A DNA stretch of 54,178 nucleotides, from the NCBI GenBank assembly GCA_964016885.1, contig CAXHJY010001529.1:1-54178 (forward strand). The letters run 5' to 3'. The notes beneath the pieces are model-generated. The model ran no database searches and was not told the origin of the DNA. It saw only the letters and a program-made list of their open reading frames with translations. This DNA comes from Eledone cirrhosa. Lineage: Eukaryota. Below are positions 1 through 16,522 of this stretch, in pieces. Within the stretch, counting starts at the first letter, position 1, and every line of letters starts with the position of its first letter. A program made the position numbers and the translations under genes.

Positions 1-2100
<2,100 letters not shown>

Positions 2101-2392
2101 ATAAAAACAAATAACGAAAAGAAATTAGATTTCGTTTCGCTTCTAACTCACTTTTGTATGACTGACGCTTAAGCAATTAAGTTAAAGTGTACATCTACGT
2201 ATGTATACGGAAGTATTAGTATGCATATAAATACACACATGTATACATATGTACATGTACTGAGTTTTTCACTAGACACTTTACAGTGAGTGTCAGCTAG
2301 TCTGTATGTAACCACACAGACGGACCGGCTTTTAGAGTCATACGAGCTTTCAAGGAAACACATTTCCTCTATTCTCCAGAGAGCCAGACAGG

Positions 2393-2437
2393 AATATTGG
2401 ACTAGTTTCGATGTTATTACATCTCATCAGCAATATT
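2393..2437 (-). ncRNA. Type I minimal hammerhead ribozyme
   Basis: Minus strand reads AAUAUUG-CUGAUGA-GAUGU(AAUA)ACAUC-GAAAC-UA-GUC^-CAAUAUU: 7-bp stem I, 5-bp stem II, full core, palindromic ACUAGU stem III. Confidence 0.92.
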
Positions 2438-2860
2438 TACCCATCTTCCGGCTTCTCTGGAGAATTGTAAAAGCACATATCGTTATATGCTTTTCTATGA
2501 AAATTAGTAGTGGGTAGACTAATTTGCATAGAACGTGAGTCATTGTACGCACCGGTTCAGCGGAAACGATAAAAACAAATAACGAAACGAAATTAAATTT
2601 CGTTTCGCTTCTAACTCACTTTTGTATGACTGACGCTTAAACAATTAAGTTAAAGTGTACATCTACATATGTATACGGAAGTATTAGTATGCATATAAAT
2701 ACACACATGTATACATATGTACATGTACTGAGTTTTTCACTAGACACTTTACAGTGAGTGTCAGCTAGTCTGTATGTAACCACACAGACGGACCGGGTTT
2801 TAGAGTCATACGAGTTTTCAAGGAAACACATTTCCTCTATTCTCCAGAGAGCCAGACAGG

Positions 2861-2905
2861 AATATTGGACTAGTTTCGATGTTATTACATCTCATCAGCA
2901 ATATT
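2861..2905 (-). ncRNA. Type I minimal hammerhead ribozyme (second copy)
   Basis: Identical to 2393-2437, 468 nt away. Confidence 0.92.
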
Positions 2906-3025
2906 TACCCATCTTCCGGCTTCACTGGAGAATTGTAAAAGCACATATCGTTATATGCTTTTTCTATGAAAATTAGTAGTGGGTAGACTAATTTGCATAA
3001 AACGTGAGTCATTGTACGCACCGGT

Positions 3026-3085
3026 ATATATATATATATATATATATATATACTTATTTATATATATATATATATATATATACAC

Positions 3086-3127
<42 letters not shown>

Positions 3128-3149
3128 TTATTTATATATATATATACAC

Positions 3150-3189
<40 letters not shown>

Positions 3190-3385
3190 TTATTTATATA
3201 TATATATATACTTATTTATATATATATATATACTTATTTATATATATATATATATATACTTATTTATATATATATATATATATATACACTTATATATATA
3301 TATATATATATACACTTATTTATATATATATATATATACTTATTTATATATATATATATACACTTATTTATATATATATATATAC

Positions 3386-3467
<82 letters not shown>

Positions 3468-3525
3468 TTATTTATATATATATATATATATATACTTATT
3501 TATTTATATATATATATATATATAC

Positions 3526-3558
<33 letters not shown>

Positions 3559-4473
3559 CTTATTTATATATATATATATATATATACTTATTTATATATA
3601 TATATATACTTATTTATATATATATATATATATACTTATTTATATATATATACATATATACTTATTTATATATATATACATATATACTTATTTATATTAT
3701 ATATATATATACACTTATTTATATATATATATATATATACTTATTTATATATATATATATATATACTTATTTATATATATATATATATATATACTTATTT
3801 ATATATATATATATATATACACTTATTTATATATATATATATACTTATTTATATATATATATATACTTATTTATATATATATATATAAACTTATTTATAT
3901 ATATATATATATATACACTTATTTATATATATATATATATACACTTATTTATATATATATATATATATATACACTTATTTATATATATATATATATATAC
4001 TTATTTATATATAATATATATATACACTTATTTATATATATATATATACACTTATTTATATATATATATATATATACACTTATTTATATATATATATACA
4101 CATATGTATATATATATTTGTAAATACACACACACATATATATATATACTTATATATATATATACTTATATATATATATACTTATATATATATATACATA
4201 TACTTATTTATATATATATATATATATACATATATGTATATAATACACATACATATTTATGTATATATATATAGATATATATACCTATATTTATGTATAT
4301 ATATACATATATAATACATACATATATATATATGTATATATATACATACATATATATGTATATATATACATACATATATATATGTATATATATACATACA
4401 TATATATATGTATATATATACATACATATATATTTATGTATATATATATATACATAGAAATATATATATGTAT
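3026..4473. repeat. (TA)n array with recurring TACTTATTTA unit
   Basis: Visible array. ORFs 2979..4274 and 3004..3888 are artefacts of it. Confidence 0.97.
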
Positions 4474-4474
4474 A

Positions 4475-4689
4475 AAGGATCGATCGACTTCCGTCAAATC
4501 GGACCGAGGAAACAATGTTTTCGTCGGTCTTTCCAGTTGCTAATACTATCTATCCGTCGCAACTCCTTGTAGGAGCAACGTGAAATAAAGTGTCTTGCTC
4601 AAGGACATAACGCATCGCCCGGTCCAGGAATAGAACTAACAATCTCAAGATTGTGAGTTCGATTCTCTAACCACTCAGCCACACGCCTT

Positions 4690-4690
<1 letters not shown>
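4475..4690 (-). mobile_element. tRNA-derived SINE, family B
   Basis: Minus strand has GGCGTGTGGCTGAGTGGTTAGA (A-box-like), AGTTCTATTCC (B-box-like) and TGTCCTTGAGCAAGACACTTT. Homologous to 8324-8543 and 35567-35781. Confidence 0.8.
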
Positions 4691-4741
<51 letters not shown>

Positions 4742-4991
4742 TTATATACATACATACATATATATGTATATATATAGATATATACATACATATATATATG
4801 TATATATATACATACATAATATATATATATGTATATATATACATACATAATATATATATACGTATATATATACATACATATATATATGTATATATATACA
4901 TATATGTATATATATATACATATATATATATGTATATATATACATATATATATATATATATACATACATATATATACATATATATATCTCC

Positions 4992-5052
<61 letters not shown>

Positions 5053-5214
5053 CATATATATATATATATGTAAATGCGCATAATAAAATACATGTAACTC
5101 TTTTAACCATCTTTTGTTCTTATATATTATATACATACATATATATACACACATATATTTGTATATGTATATATATATACATGTATATATATATGTATAT
5201 ATATATATACATAC

Positions 5215-5249
<35 letters not shown>

Positions 5250-5288
5250 CATTCATATATATATGTATGTATATATATATATACATAC

Positions 5289-5323
<35 letters not shown>

Positions 5324-5376
5324 CATACATATATATATATATATACATACATATATATATGTATATATATACATAC

Positions 5377-5409
<33 letters not shown>

Positions 5410-5790
5410 TACATATATATATATGTATATATATATATATACATACGTATATATATACAAATATATATATACATATATAAATATATGTATATATATATAT
5501 TTATATCCATACATATATGTAATGTAGATATATATGAACATATATGTATATATATATATATATAAACATATGTATATATATATAATATATATATAAACAT
5601 ATGTATATATATATATATATATATATGAACATATGTATATATATATGTATATATATATAAACATATGTATATATATATATAAACATATGTATATATATAT
5701 ATATAAACATATGTGTATATATATATATATATAAACATGTATATACATAAACATATGTATATATTTATATATATAAACATAATATAATAT
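4691..5790. repeat. (TA)n/(TACA)n microsatellite array
   Basis: Visible. Contains a short inverted piece (5072-5120) of the element starting at 5792. Confidence 0.95.
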
Positions 5791-5791
5791 C

Positions 5792-5925
5792 AAAAGATGG
5801 TTAAAAGAGTTCCAAGTATTTTACTATGCGCATTTCAAAAACAAATATCATCATGAGATGATATCTGTGTTTTTATCTGATAAAATAGAGATATATGATA
5901 CGAAGTTTAAAAAACACTTGTGAAT
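5792..5925 (-). mobile_element. HHR-bearing repeat with decayed core (same family as 16490-16630)
   Basis: Shares GATGGTTAAA..GTTCCA..TATTTTA.TATGCGCATTTC with 16502. The minus-strand core reads CAGAUAA instead of CUGAUGA. Confidence 0.65.
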
Positions 5926-6639
5926 AGTGAAGCTTTAAATCAACATATGAAAATTAATTTGAGATTGCTGTGTGATATTGGGAGAAAGAGGGGGGAAGGG
6001 TAAGGAAGAGGAGGAGATGAGAGTAAAGAATGGTGGGGGAGGAGTGTAAGAAGGAAGGATGAAAGAGGAGGAGAGATGGGTGATAGAGAGAGAGAGAGAG
6101 ATAGCCTTTACAACTGAGAAAAATATATATTGTCTCACAGAGAGAATTTAAAATGCCGTTGGAAGATGATAGATAATTTAAAAGAATTTGAAATTAACAG
6201 GTGATGAAGAGAAAAAGGGGTTAAGAATAATATTAAATTAAAATTGTATATTGAAGGGTTTAATAAATAGACGCACTGATTTATTTTCTCTCTGCTTGCA
6301 TAAATTCCGCAGAACATTCCATAAAGTATACAGCTAATATCTAATACCTTACTAGTTTAAAATCCGTTTTCTCAAAGACTTATATATATTTTTTAAAATA
6401 TACCCATCTTTCTACCTTATTTCAATATTATTTATTATATATTATATAATACAAGTTACTCATTCTATATCGTTCCTCTTTATCACTTTCTTTTCTTCCT
6501 CTTTTCTTTTTTCTTTTTAATTTCTAACCTCTAATCTGTACTTTTTCTTCTTAACTACTTCTCAATTCTTATTATTACTCACTACAACATTATCCATTCT
6601 TCCATCTTTCTTCATATCATTGGCCATAAAAATTAATAA

Positions 6640-7074
6640 TACTCCCTGGAACGAAGACGGGAGAGATACTCAGTGATCTACATGTGGAAAATCCTGGAGG
6701 GGCTAGCACCAAACTTTCGCATTGCGAGCTGGACCAAACGTCGAACAGGGCGTCACTCTGTGGTGCCAAAGATCACATCTTCCACATCTAGAATAAGTAG
6801 CAGATATTGCAAAAGCCTGAGAATTAAGGCCCCTCAACTCTTCAACAAGCTGCCGAGGGATCTGACATATCTGAATGGTGTGGATGTGGATGTCTTCAAG
6901 AAACATCTCGACACTTTGATTTCCAGGAGCCCAAAGCAAGACACGAGGGAAACCTAAGGGAAGCAGCAACGAACTAGTTCTTGCACCAGTGGCCAACCTA
7001 TACAGATAAAATGTGTAACAACAACGGCGATGCCCCAGCATGGCCTCAGCCGAATGGCTGGAACAGGTAAAAGA
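6640..7074 (+). mobile_element. 5'-truncated CR1/L2-group LINE 3' fragment
   Basis: Translation SLERRRERYSVIYMWKILEGLAPN...QLFNKLP...FKKHLD. 3' end CAGCATGGCCTCAGCC...GGTAAAAGA abuts (TA)n. Paralog of 17680 and 22030. Confidence 0.85.
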
Positions 7075-7075
7075 T

Positions 7076-7121
<46 letters not shown>

Positions 7122-7263
7122 TAGATATATAGGAATGTATTTCAATGCGTATGCTAGTGTGTACGTACATGTGGATTTCTGTAAATGTATATAGATTTAT
7201 GAAGTTATGAAGACATCTTAATAACATGAGGTGTTTTTTGTTTCTCTTCTTACTACTGAACAT

Positions 7264-7695
7264 CGCGTAATATGGAAATACGTCAGGATATATATATACA
7301 TATATATATGCAATGTATGTATGTATATATATGTAATGTATGTATATATATATATGTATGTATGTATATATATATATTTATGTATTTATATATATATGTA
7401 TGTATATATATATATATATGTATTTATATATATGTATGTATATATATATATATATGTATTTATATATATGTATATATATATATATGTATTTATATATATG
7501 TATATATATATATATGTATATATATACATGTATGTATATATATAGTAATAATAAAATATAGTAATAATAATATATATAGTAATAATAAAAATGTTAATAT
7601 ATATATATATGTATGTATATGTATGTATGAATATATATATGTATGTATATGTATTTGTATGTATCTGTATGTATATATATATATGTATATATATG

Positions 7696-7726
<31 letters not shown>

Positions 7727-8002
7727 ATATATATAATAACATTTTTCTTCGTAATTATTAATTTTATATTATTTATTATATTACATTTTATGTCTATTTT
7801 ATTTGTAAATTTATCTATATATGCATATATATATATATATACATATATACATATATATATATATTTATACATATATATACATATATATATATATACATAT
7901 ATACTTATACATATATACATATATATATATACATATACATGCATGTATATATACATACATATACATATATATATATACATATACATACATACAAACATAT
8001 AT

Positions 8003-8048
<46 letters not shown>

Positions 8049-8050
8049 CT
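7264..8050. repeat. Mixed (TA)/(TATG)/(CA) microsatellite
   Basis: Visible. Confidence 0.9.
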
Positions 8051-8323
8051 CCGTCTATACGTTCGTTATAAAAATGTTATAATTCAAACACAAATATGAT
8101 TTACTCTCCACCCAGCAGTCATAGCAATAATAATGAAAATGTCAAAACTGTTGCCAATACAAAAACGTGTGAGGAAATCAAATAGTTCAAAGGTGATGGT
8201 TGTTGTTGCCGTTAGTGGTGAAAATGCTGGTGGTGGTTTTGATGGTGGTGATGATTGTGATGGAAAGTGACGGGCCAGTTGGTATTGGTAACGCCGAAAT
8301 TATATATATTTATATATATATAT

Positions 8324-8543
8324 CAAGGAACGATCGACCTTCGTCAAATCGGACCGAGGAAAGAATGTTTCCGTTGGTCTTTCCAATTGCTAATACTCTC
8401 TATCGGTCGCAACTCCAGGTAGAAGAAATAACTTGAAATATAGTGTCTTGCTAAAGGACACAACGCATCGCCCGGTCCAGGAATCGAACTCACAACCTCA
8501 ATATTGCGAATCCAATTGTCTTACCACTCAGCCGCACGCATTC
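8324..8543 (-). mobile_element. tRNA-derived SINE, family B
   Basis: Colinear with 4475-4690. B-box-like GAGTTCGATTCC on minus strand. Confidence 0.8.
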
Positions 8544-8776
8544 ACAGTATATATATCCAGGGTGTGTAAAGTTACTGTAGGTTCACCCAGGTGAGCACTT
8601 GATATTTAGGTTCACGTTCATTACTACTGCAGAGGTCCAACGAACTTTTGATTCCAGAGTCGGTCTAGATCGATACAGATCGAACCTTCAGCTAATCAGT
8701 AGCGAAACGTGTGTCACCAACCAATAAAGGTAATGAAGGACTAACCATTCGTCATTGTATTATTATTACCAGTAAT

Positions 8777-8975
8777 GGCGGTGGATTGGCAGTATCGGTA
8801 GAGGGTCGGACGCCAGGCTTTGAAGCATAGAGTTACGTCCCTTTATGATCTGAGTTCCAATCCCGCCGAGGTTAACTTTGCCTTTCATCCTTACGGGGTC
8901 GATAAAATAAAGTACCAGTAATGCACTGGGTTTTTGCTGGCCTTGTGTCTAAAGTAGAAACAATTATTATTATTA
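8777..8975 (+). mobile_element. tRNA-derived SINE, family A (copy 1 of tandem pair)
   Basis: GGCGGTGGATTGGCAGTATCGGTAGA head, GAGTTCCAATCC B-box-like motif, ACTTTGCCTTTCATCC body, (ATT)n tail. Confidence 0.85.
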
Positions 8976-8997
8976 TATATACATATGCATACGGTGA

Positions 8998-9195
8998 GCG
9001 GTGGATTGGCAGTATCGGTAGAGGGTCGGACGCCAGGCTTTGCAGCATAGAGTTACGTCCCTTTATGATCTGAGTTCCAATCCCGCCGAGGTTAACTTTG
9101 CCTTTCATCCTTACGGGGTCGATAAAATAAAGTACCAGTAATGTACTCGGTAATTGCTGGCCTTGTGCCTAAAATAGAAACAATGATTATTATTA
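8998..9195 (+). mobile_element. tRNA-derived SINE, family A (copy 2 of tandem pair)
   Basis: Near-identical direct copy of 8777-8975. Confidence 0.85.
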
Positions 9196-9579
9196 TATAT
9201 ATATTCAAAATGTTATATTGGCTAATACTTTGTAGTTGTTTCTAATTAAACGGTAGACCTTCCACAGTGTCAGCTAGTTTTCATGAAAGTTTCAAGCTGC
9301 AATAATATCTTAGTAGTTCAATATCATATGTTCTACCTGTAGACTCATCATGTCTCACTTCTATATTATTTTACTGTAATCATTCATTGAAAGATGTCCA
9401 GAAGTCAACTGGGCTTCGTCCAAATGACCTTAAGACCATTTGGACAAATTCCAGTTGGCTCAGAACTGGGTTGAGTAAAATAAATACCAGTCTCTAAATC
9501 AGTGTTCCCTTAGCTGAGCCATGATATCAAATTTCTGCCCCACGGGAATCAATAGTCTGTTTGTTAGTGTCACTTTATC

Positions 9580-9850
9580 CTAGCAGTGAAAACCTACCCG
9601 TGGGTCTCAGCACAAAACAATAAGTTAGTCTGTGGTAACATAGTTGAGCAGTAAAAATTACATCTGGCCCTCAGCTGTAAGCACCTTGCTATTCAGTGTA
9701 AGTTTAGCTGAGCAGTGAAAGAACGGGTTTGGCTCTCAGCAGTTAGAACCACGCTATTCAGTGTTATCTTAGTTGAGTAGTGAAATCACACATCTGGCCC
9801 TCATCAGTCAACACCCTTCTTTCAGTGTCACCTTAGGTGAGCAGTAAATC
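9580..9850. repeat. Degenerate ~64-bp minisatellite
   Basis: GAG(C/T)AGT anchor at 9646, 9710, 9775 and 9839 with recurring TGGCCCTCAGC and TTCAGTGT. Confidence 0.7.
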
Positions 9851-10225
9851 TGTTGTCTATCGTGTGTGTACAACTGAGGCCACGTTTTGTCCCTCTCGGA
9901 AAACCCCCTGTTGATGGATGCGAAATCCAAAATATAGGGAAAATTAAATCACTCCTAAGGTAACTCTATCTCGTGTTATTATTTTTTGACTCTTTCCTAC
10001 GTTCCTCTACACCCTATACGTCTCATTCTTCATTTTTAGACTCTTTCCTACGTTCCTCTACACCCTATACGTGCCATTCTACATTTCCTCTTACATCTCT
10101 CTCATTACCACCTGATTCTGTTACCCGGAGATTTACCCATCTGCATTGTCGAGGCTTCCAAAACGACCAATTTTATATAATATATAAAAATGTATGTGTG
10201 TATATATATATATATATATTTATAT

Positions 10226-10488
10226 AGAATAGCAAATGAAAAATCAGTGATGCATCTGAACTCAATTATTGTATGTTACAATTGTTTCGCCGGCGGACAG
10301 CTCGAGACGCGATCATTGTGTGGATCTATCTGATTCTGGACCCGCAGGTTCGACGGACACGTCTAATTAAGTTCAGATACATCACTGATTTTTCGTTTTC
10401 TATTCTATCATACTCTGCTCTGTAAGTGCATGCATAGAGTGCTCAACGGGCATACCGCCTATGGAAGCATCTTTGCTACCATCAGACA

Positions 10489-10492
<4 letters not shown>
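10226..10492. mobile_element. Inverted-repeat-plus-tail element in TA array (Penelope-like remnant)
   Basis: 10228-10269 is an imperfect inverse of 10364-10405. Minus strand near 10270-10292 has an HHR right half, GAAAC-AAUU-GUA. Confidence 0.55.
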
Positions 10493-10526
<34 letters not shown>

Positions 10527-10531
<5 letters not shown>

Positions 10532-10640
10532 TGAGATTCTACAGGACTAGAACTGTTTCATCTATATTAAAACTTTTATACTCTGCAATGTATTGAGTAC
10601 CTTACTTACTGTGGTTACCTCCGATTCAACCCTGAATAAC

Positions 10641-10642
<2 letters not shown>
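10527..10642. mobile_element. Collapsed copy of the 53215-53390 hairpin element
   Basis: ATAGATGAGATTCTACAGGACTAGAACTGTTTCAT plus tail GTGGTTACCTCCGATTCAACCC shared with 53221-53390. Confidence 0.8.
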
Positions 10643-10677
<35 letters not shown>

Positions 10678-10776
10678 AGAGAGAGAGAGAGAGAGATAGA
10701 GATGGTGTATACTTAACAATACACACGTGTGCGTTTGTGTGTGTCCCTCTCATTTTTTCAATACTGTTATCTTTTC

Positions 10777-10962
10777 AATAATTGTTTCTACTTTAGGCAC
10801 AAGGCCAGCAATTACCCAGTGCATTACTGGTACTTTATTTTATCGACCCTGTAAGGATGAAAGGCAAAGTCAACCTCGGCGGGATTTGAACTCAGATCAT
10901 AAAGGGACGTAACTATGCTGGAAAGCATGGCGTCCGACCCTCTACCGATACTGCCAATCCAC
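10777..10962 (-). mobile_element. tRNA-derived SINE, family A
   Basis: Reverse complement of 8777-8975. Confidence 0.85.
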
Positions 10963-11084
10963 AATGTCAATTTGATGAATCAAAAAAGAAAAGCAGACCC
11001 CTAAATAAATTTTCCGTGTTATTTCCAGCTTCACCTTTTCTCTATATCTACTGTTTTGTATAGAATGCTTACTTTCCTTTCCTA

Positions 11085-11125
<41 letters not shown>

Positions 11126-11128
<3 letters not shown>

Positions 11129-11335
11129 GTAGAGCACTCAGTCGATGGGACGAGTTAGGTAGAAGTGGTTACACAACAGTTAGTTCACCATACCGAGAAC
11201 AATTGCTTCACCTTAGCGGATCCACACCTCGTAATGGACCCCCACGAGCTCGTAATGGTCCATTACGAGCTGATGATCTACTAAGGTGAAACAATTGTTC
11301 TCGGTATGGTGAACTAACTGTGTTGTGTAAGCATT

Positions 11336-11336
<1 letters not shown>
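11126..11336. mobile_element. Hairpin element (arms ~11169-11240 / 11256-11330) with HHR
   Basis: Inverted arms, extra tail on the left, TA arrays on both sides. Confidence 0.7.
11264..11306 (+). ncRNA. Type I minimal hammerhead ribozyme
   Basis: CGAG-CUGAUGA-UCUACUAAGGU-GAAAC-AAUU-GUU^-CUCG. Palindromic stem III, weak stem II. Confidence 0.7.
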
Positions 11337-11419
<83 letters not shown>

Positions 11420-11522
11420 TATATATATATAGTAATAATAATAACTTTGAAGGCTAAAATTCAAAGATGGCTCGATAAAGATAAATATATATCAAATATA
11501 TAAGAACCGTAGAGCAAATATT

Positions 11523-11640
11523 TATTAAAATAACAGATTAAAGTTTAAGCAAAGAATCGCTGCTTTTACCCTTAACGGGATCTTCTAAAGATCCCGTTAA
11601 GGGTGAAAGCAGCGATCTTTGCTTAAACTTTAATCTGTTA

Positions 11641-11648
<8 letters not shown>
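11523..11648. repeat. Near-perfect 126-bp palindrome
   Basis: TATTAAAATAACAGATTAAAG...GGGATCTT / AAGATCCC...CTGTTATTTTAATA, centre ~11586. Confidence 0.9.
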
Positions 11649-11672
<24 letters not shown>

Positions 11673-11949
11673 GGAAGAAATGGATAGATGAATGCTATCA
11701 ATAGTAAAGGTCATTCAAAACCCAAAGCCTTCTTATTATATCAGTTCACAGAGATTTTAAAACTTTCTGTCAATACATATAAGATCGGAACTCCCATGTC
11801 TCTCTACTTTATATATCTCTACATAACAAATTGTATATTCATGGATTGGCTGAAGAAGAGAATAAATGCATGTCTTCGTTTATCGTTTCTGTTCCGATAT
11901 CCATGTCCACATTTGCTAAATACATATGTATAAATAAATACCCCCCCCC

Positions 11950-11951
11950 CC

Positions 11952-11982
<31 letters not shown>

Positions 11983-11995
11983 GTAAACATATATA

Positions 11996-12035
<40 letters not shown>

Positions 12036-13310
12036 GATATATATATATATGTAGTTATATATATATATGTATATATGTAGTTATATATATATATATATGT
12101 AGTTATATATATATATGTAGTTATATATATATAAATATGTAGTTATATATATATATATGTAGTTATATATATATAAATATGTAGTTATATATATATAAAT
12201 ATGTAGTTATATATATATAAATATGTAGTTATATATATATAAATATGTAGTTATATATATATAAATATGTAGTTATATATATATAAATATGTAGTTATAT
12301 ATATATACAAATATGTAGTTATATATATATATATGTAGTTATATATATATATATATGTAGTTATATATATATATATATGTAGTTATATATATATATATAT
12401 GTAGTTATATATATATAAATATGTAGTTATATATATATAAATATGTAGTTATATATATATATAAATATGTAGTTATATATACAAATATGTAGTTATATAT
12501 ATATATATGTAGTTATATATATATATATATGTAGTTATATATATATATATATGTAGTTATATATATATATATATGTAGTTATATATATATATATATGTAG
12601 TTATATATATATATATGTAGTTATATATATATATATGTAGTTATATATATATATATATATGTAGTTATATATATATATATATATATATATGTAGTTATAT
12701 ATATATATATATATGTAGTTATATATATATATATATATGTAGTTATATATATATAGATATATGTAGTTATATATATATAGATATATGTAGTTATATATAT
12801 ATGTAGTTATATATATATATATATAGATATATGTAGTTATATATATATATGTAGTTATATATATATATATATATATATGTAGTTATATATATATATATGT
12901 AGTTATATATATATATATATATACATATGTAGTTTATATATATGTATATATATATATATGTAGTTATATATATATATATATATATATGTCGTTTTTTATA
13001 TATATATATATGTGTAGTTTTATATATATATATATATGTAGTTACACACATATATGCATATATATGTGTGTGTGTGTAGTTTTATATATGCATATATATG
13101 TGTGTGTGTGTAGTTTTATATATACATATATATGTGTGTGTGTGTAGCTTTATATATATATATATGTGTGTGTGTAGATTTATATATATATAGTTATATA
13201 TATATATATATGTGTGTGGGTAGTTTTATATATATATATAGTTATATATATATATATGTGTGTGTGTAATTTTATATATATGACATACATATATATATAT
13301 CACATACATA
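11950..13310. repeat. (TA)n array with recurring GTAGTTA unit
   Basis: Visible. Confidence 0.97.
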
Positions 13311-13929
13311 CATCTATTCTATGTCTCCTTGAAACATCTGGTAATATTAGCAATACACAATCAGTATAATAAGAAAGAATATTCGAAATCCAGGGGACTC
13401 CAAGTGTGATTGCATTTCTCTTTATCTAACAAAATTACCTATCACGCATAACCTTTCAGCTTATTCAAGTTATCCCTTTTCAATTTTCTTGTCCAATTCC
13501 CTTTCGTGCTAAAAGAATAGGAATCTAATCCCCTTGTGAAATAAAGCGTTATTGTAGACAATACGCCTATTCCCTACTACAAAGTCTTTAAGCTGTTTCG
13601 ATTACTTCAAACATCTTGCTATATTTCTTATCCATTTTACTTTAATTTCTGTAGGACACGTTTTACTATCATTTCGCTGTTTATTTCCCCATTCCTTTCC
13701 CTATAATCTGAATTTTGTAAGAATATAATTCCTTACAAGTGTATTACATCGTATACATGGCAAGGACGGGAGAGAATAGAACTTAGCAGGAATTTAATGA
13801 CATGCTTTAAAACATTTTAGACACTTAGCAATGAAGTAGTGGTATTGTATGTGTATGTATGTCTGTATGTATGTATTGTTTGAGGGATGCATGTATGCAT
13901 GCATATATGTGCAATCGCATGAACGAATA

Positions 13930-15965
<2,036 letters not shown>

Positions 15966-16442
15966 TAGGTGTGTGAGTGTATGTCAGTATGTACACATCT
16001 ATAAATTGAAAACGCGAAAGAAAGGTAGAGATGAGACAAGAAGTAAGTGTAAATGATAGATTGTTAGACAAAACGCAATTGTTTGACAGGAGGACATTGA
16101 AAGATTAAGAGAAACCTTTAGCTCTGGGATACAGTGAAGCTATCTATCCAATTGATATAGCCACAGTATTGCTAATCACAACGTCCCTAATTCCCACTCT
16201 ATTCTATAAGAGACAATAAAACATACTATCAATAACATATGACTTCGGTTACTACTTCAGTATTTTGATCCAACTTAGGAGATTCAATTCTATCAGTCGA
16301 TGTTTAAACTAGTAATAGGACATCCCTCAAATAATATCCTAACCTGCAAAAAGTATATATATATATATATATATATATCGGATTTGTTTATCGTAAATTC
16401 GTGAGCTGATTTTCCGATACTCGATTATTCTATTATATATAC

Positions 16443-16490
<48 letters not shown>

Positions 16491-16522
16491 AGAAATTAAA
16501 AGATGGTTAAAGAAGTTCCATA

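Larger units (their letters stand above)
2101..3025 (-). mobile_element. Head-to-tail dimer of a 468-bp non-coding unit, each unit carrying a hammerhead ribozyme (retrozyme / non-autonomous Penelope-like element)
   Basis: ATAAAAACAAATAACGAAA starts at 2101 and 2569 (period 468). The copies are nearly identical, both flanks are (TA)n and each unit has an HHR. Confidence 0.85.

Noticed and set aside
2169-2976. Duplicated 64-75 aa ORFs in the 468-bp repeat
   Set aside because: Non-ATG starts, no recognisable motif and differing ends between copies. The RNA structure explains the conservation better.
6135-6400. Possible GIY-YIG endonuclease C-terminus upstream of the decayed HHR at 5817
   Set aside because: Position fits a Penelope 3' end but no diagnostic residues could be identified.
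9580-9850. CRISPR-like periodicity (~64 bp) and a TCATCAG at 9801
   Set aside because: The whole unit is degenerate rather than constant repeat plus unique spacer, the context is eukaryotic with no cas genes, and no GAAA half follows the CUGAUGA.
13320-13800. Possible Penelope RT remnant on minus strand (YDVIHL, DFVVGNRRIVYNNALF)
   Set aside because: Resemblance is too weak and stop-ridden to support by eye. A translated HMM search against Penelope RT would decide.
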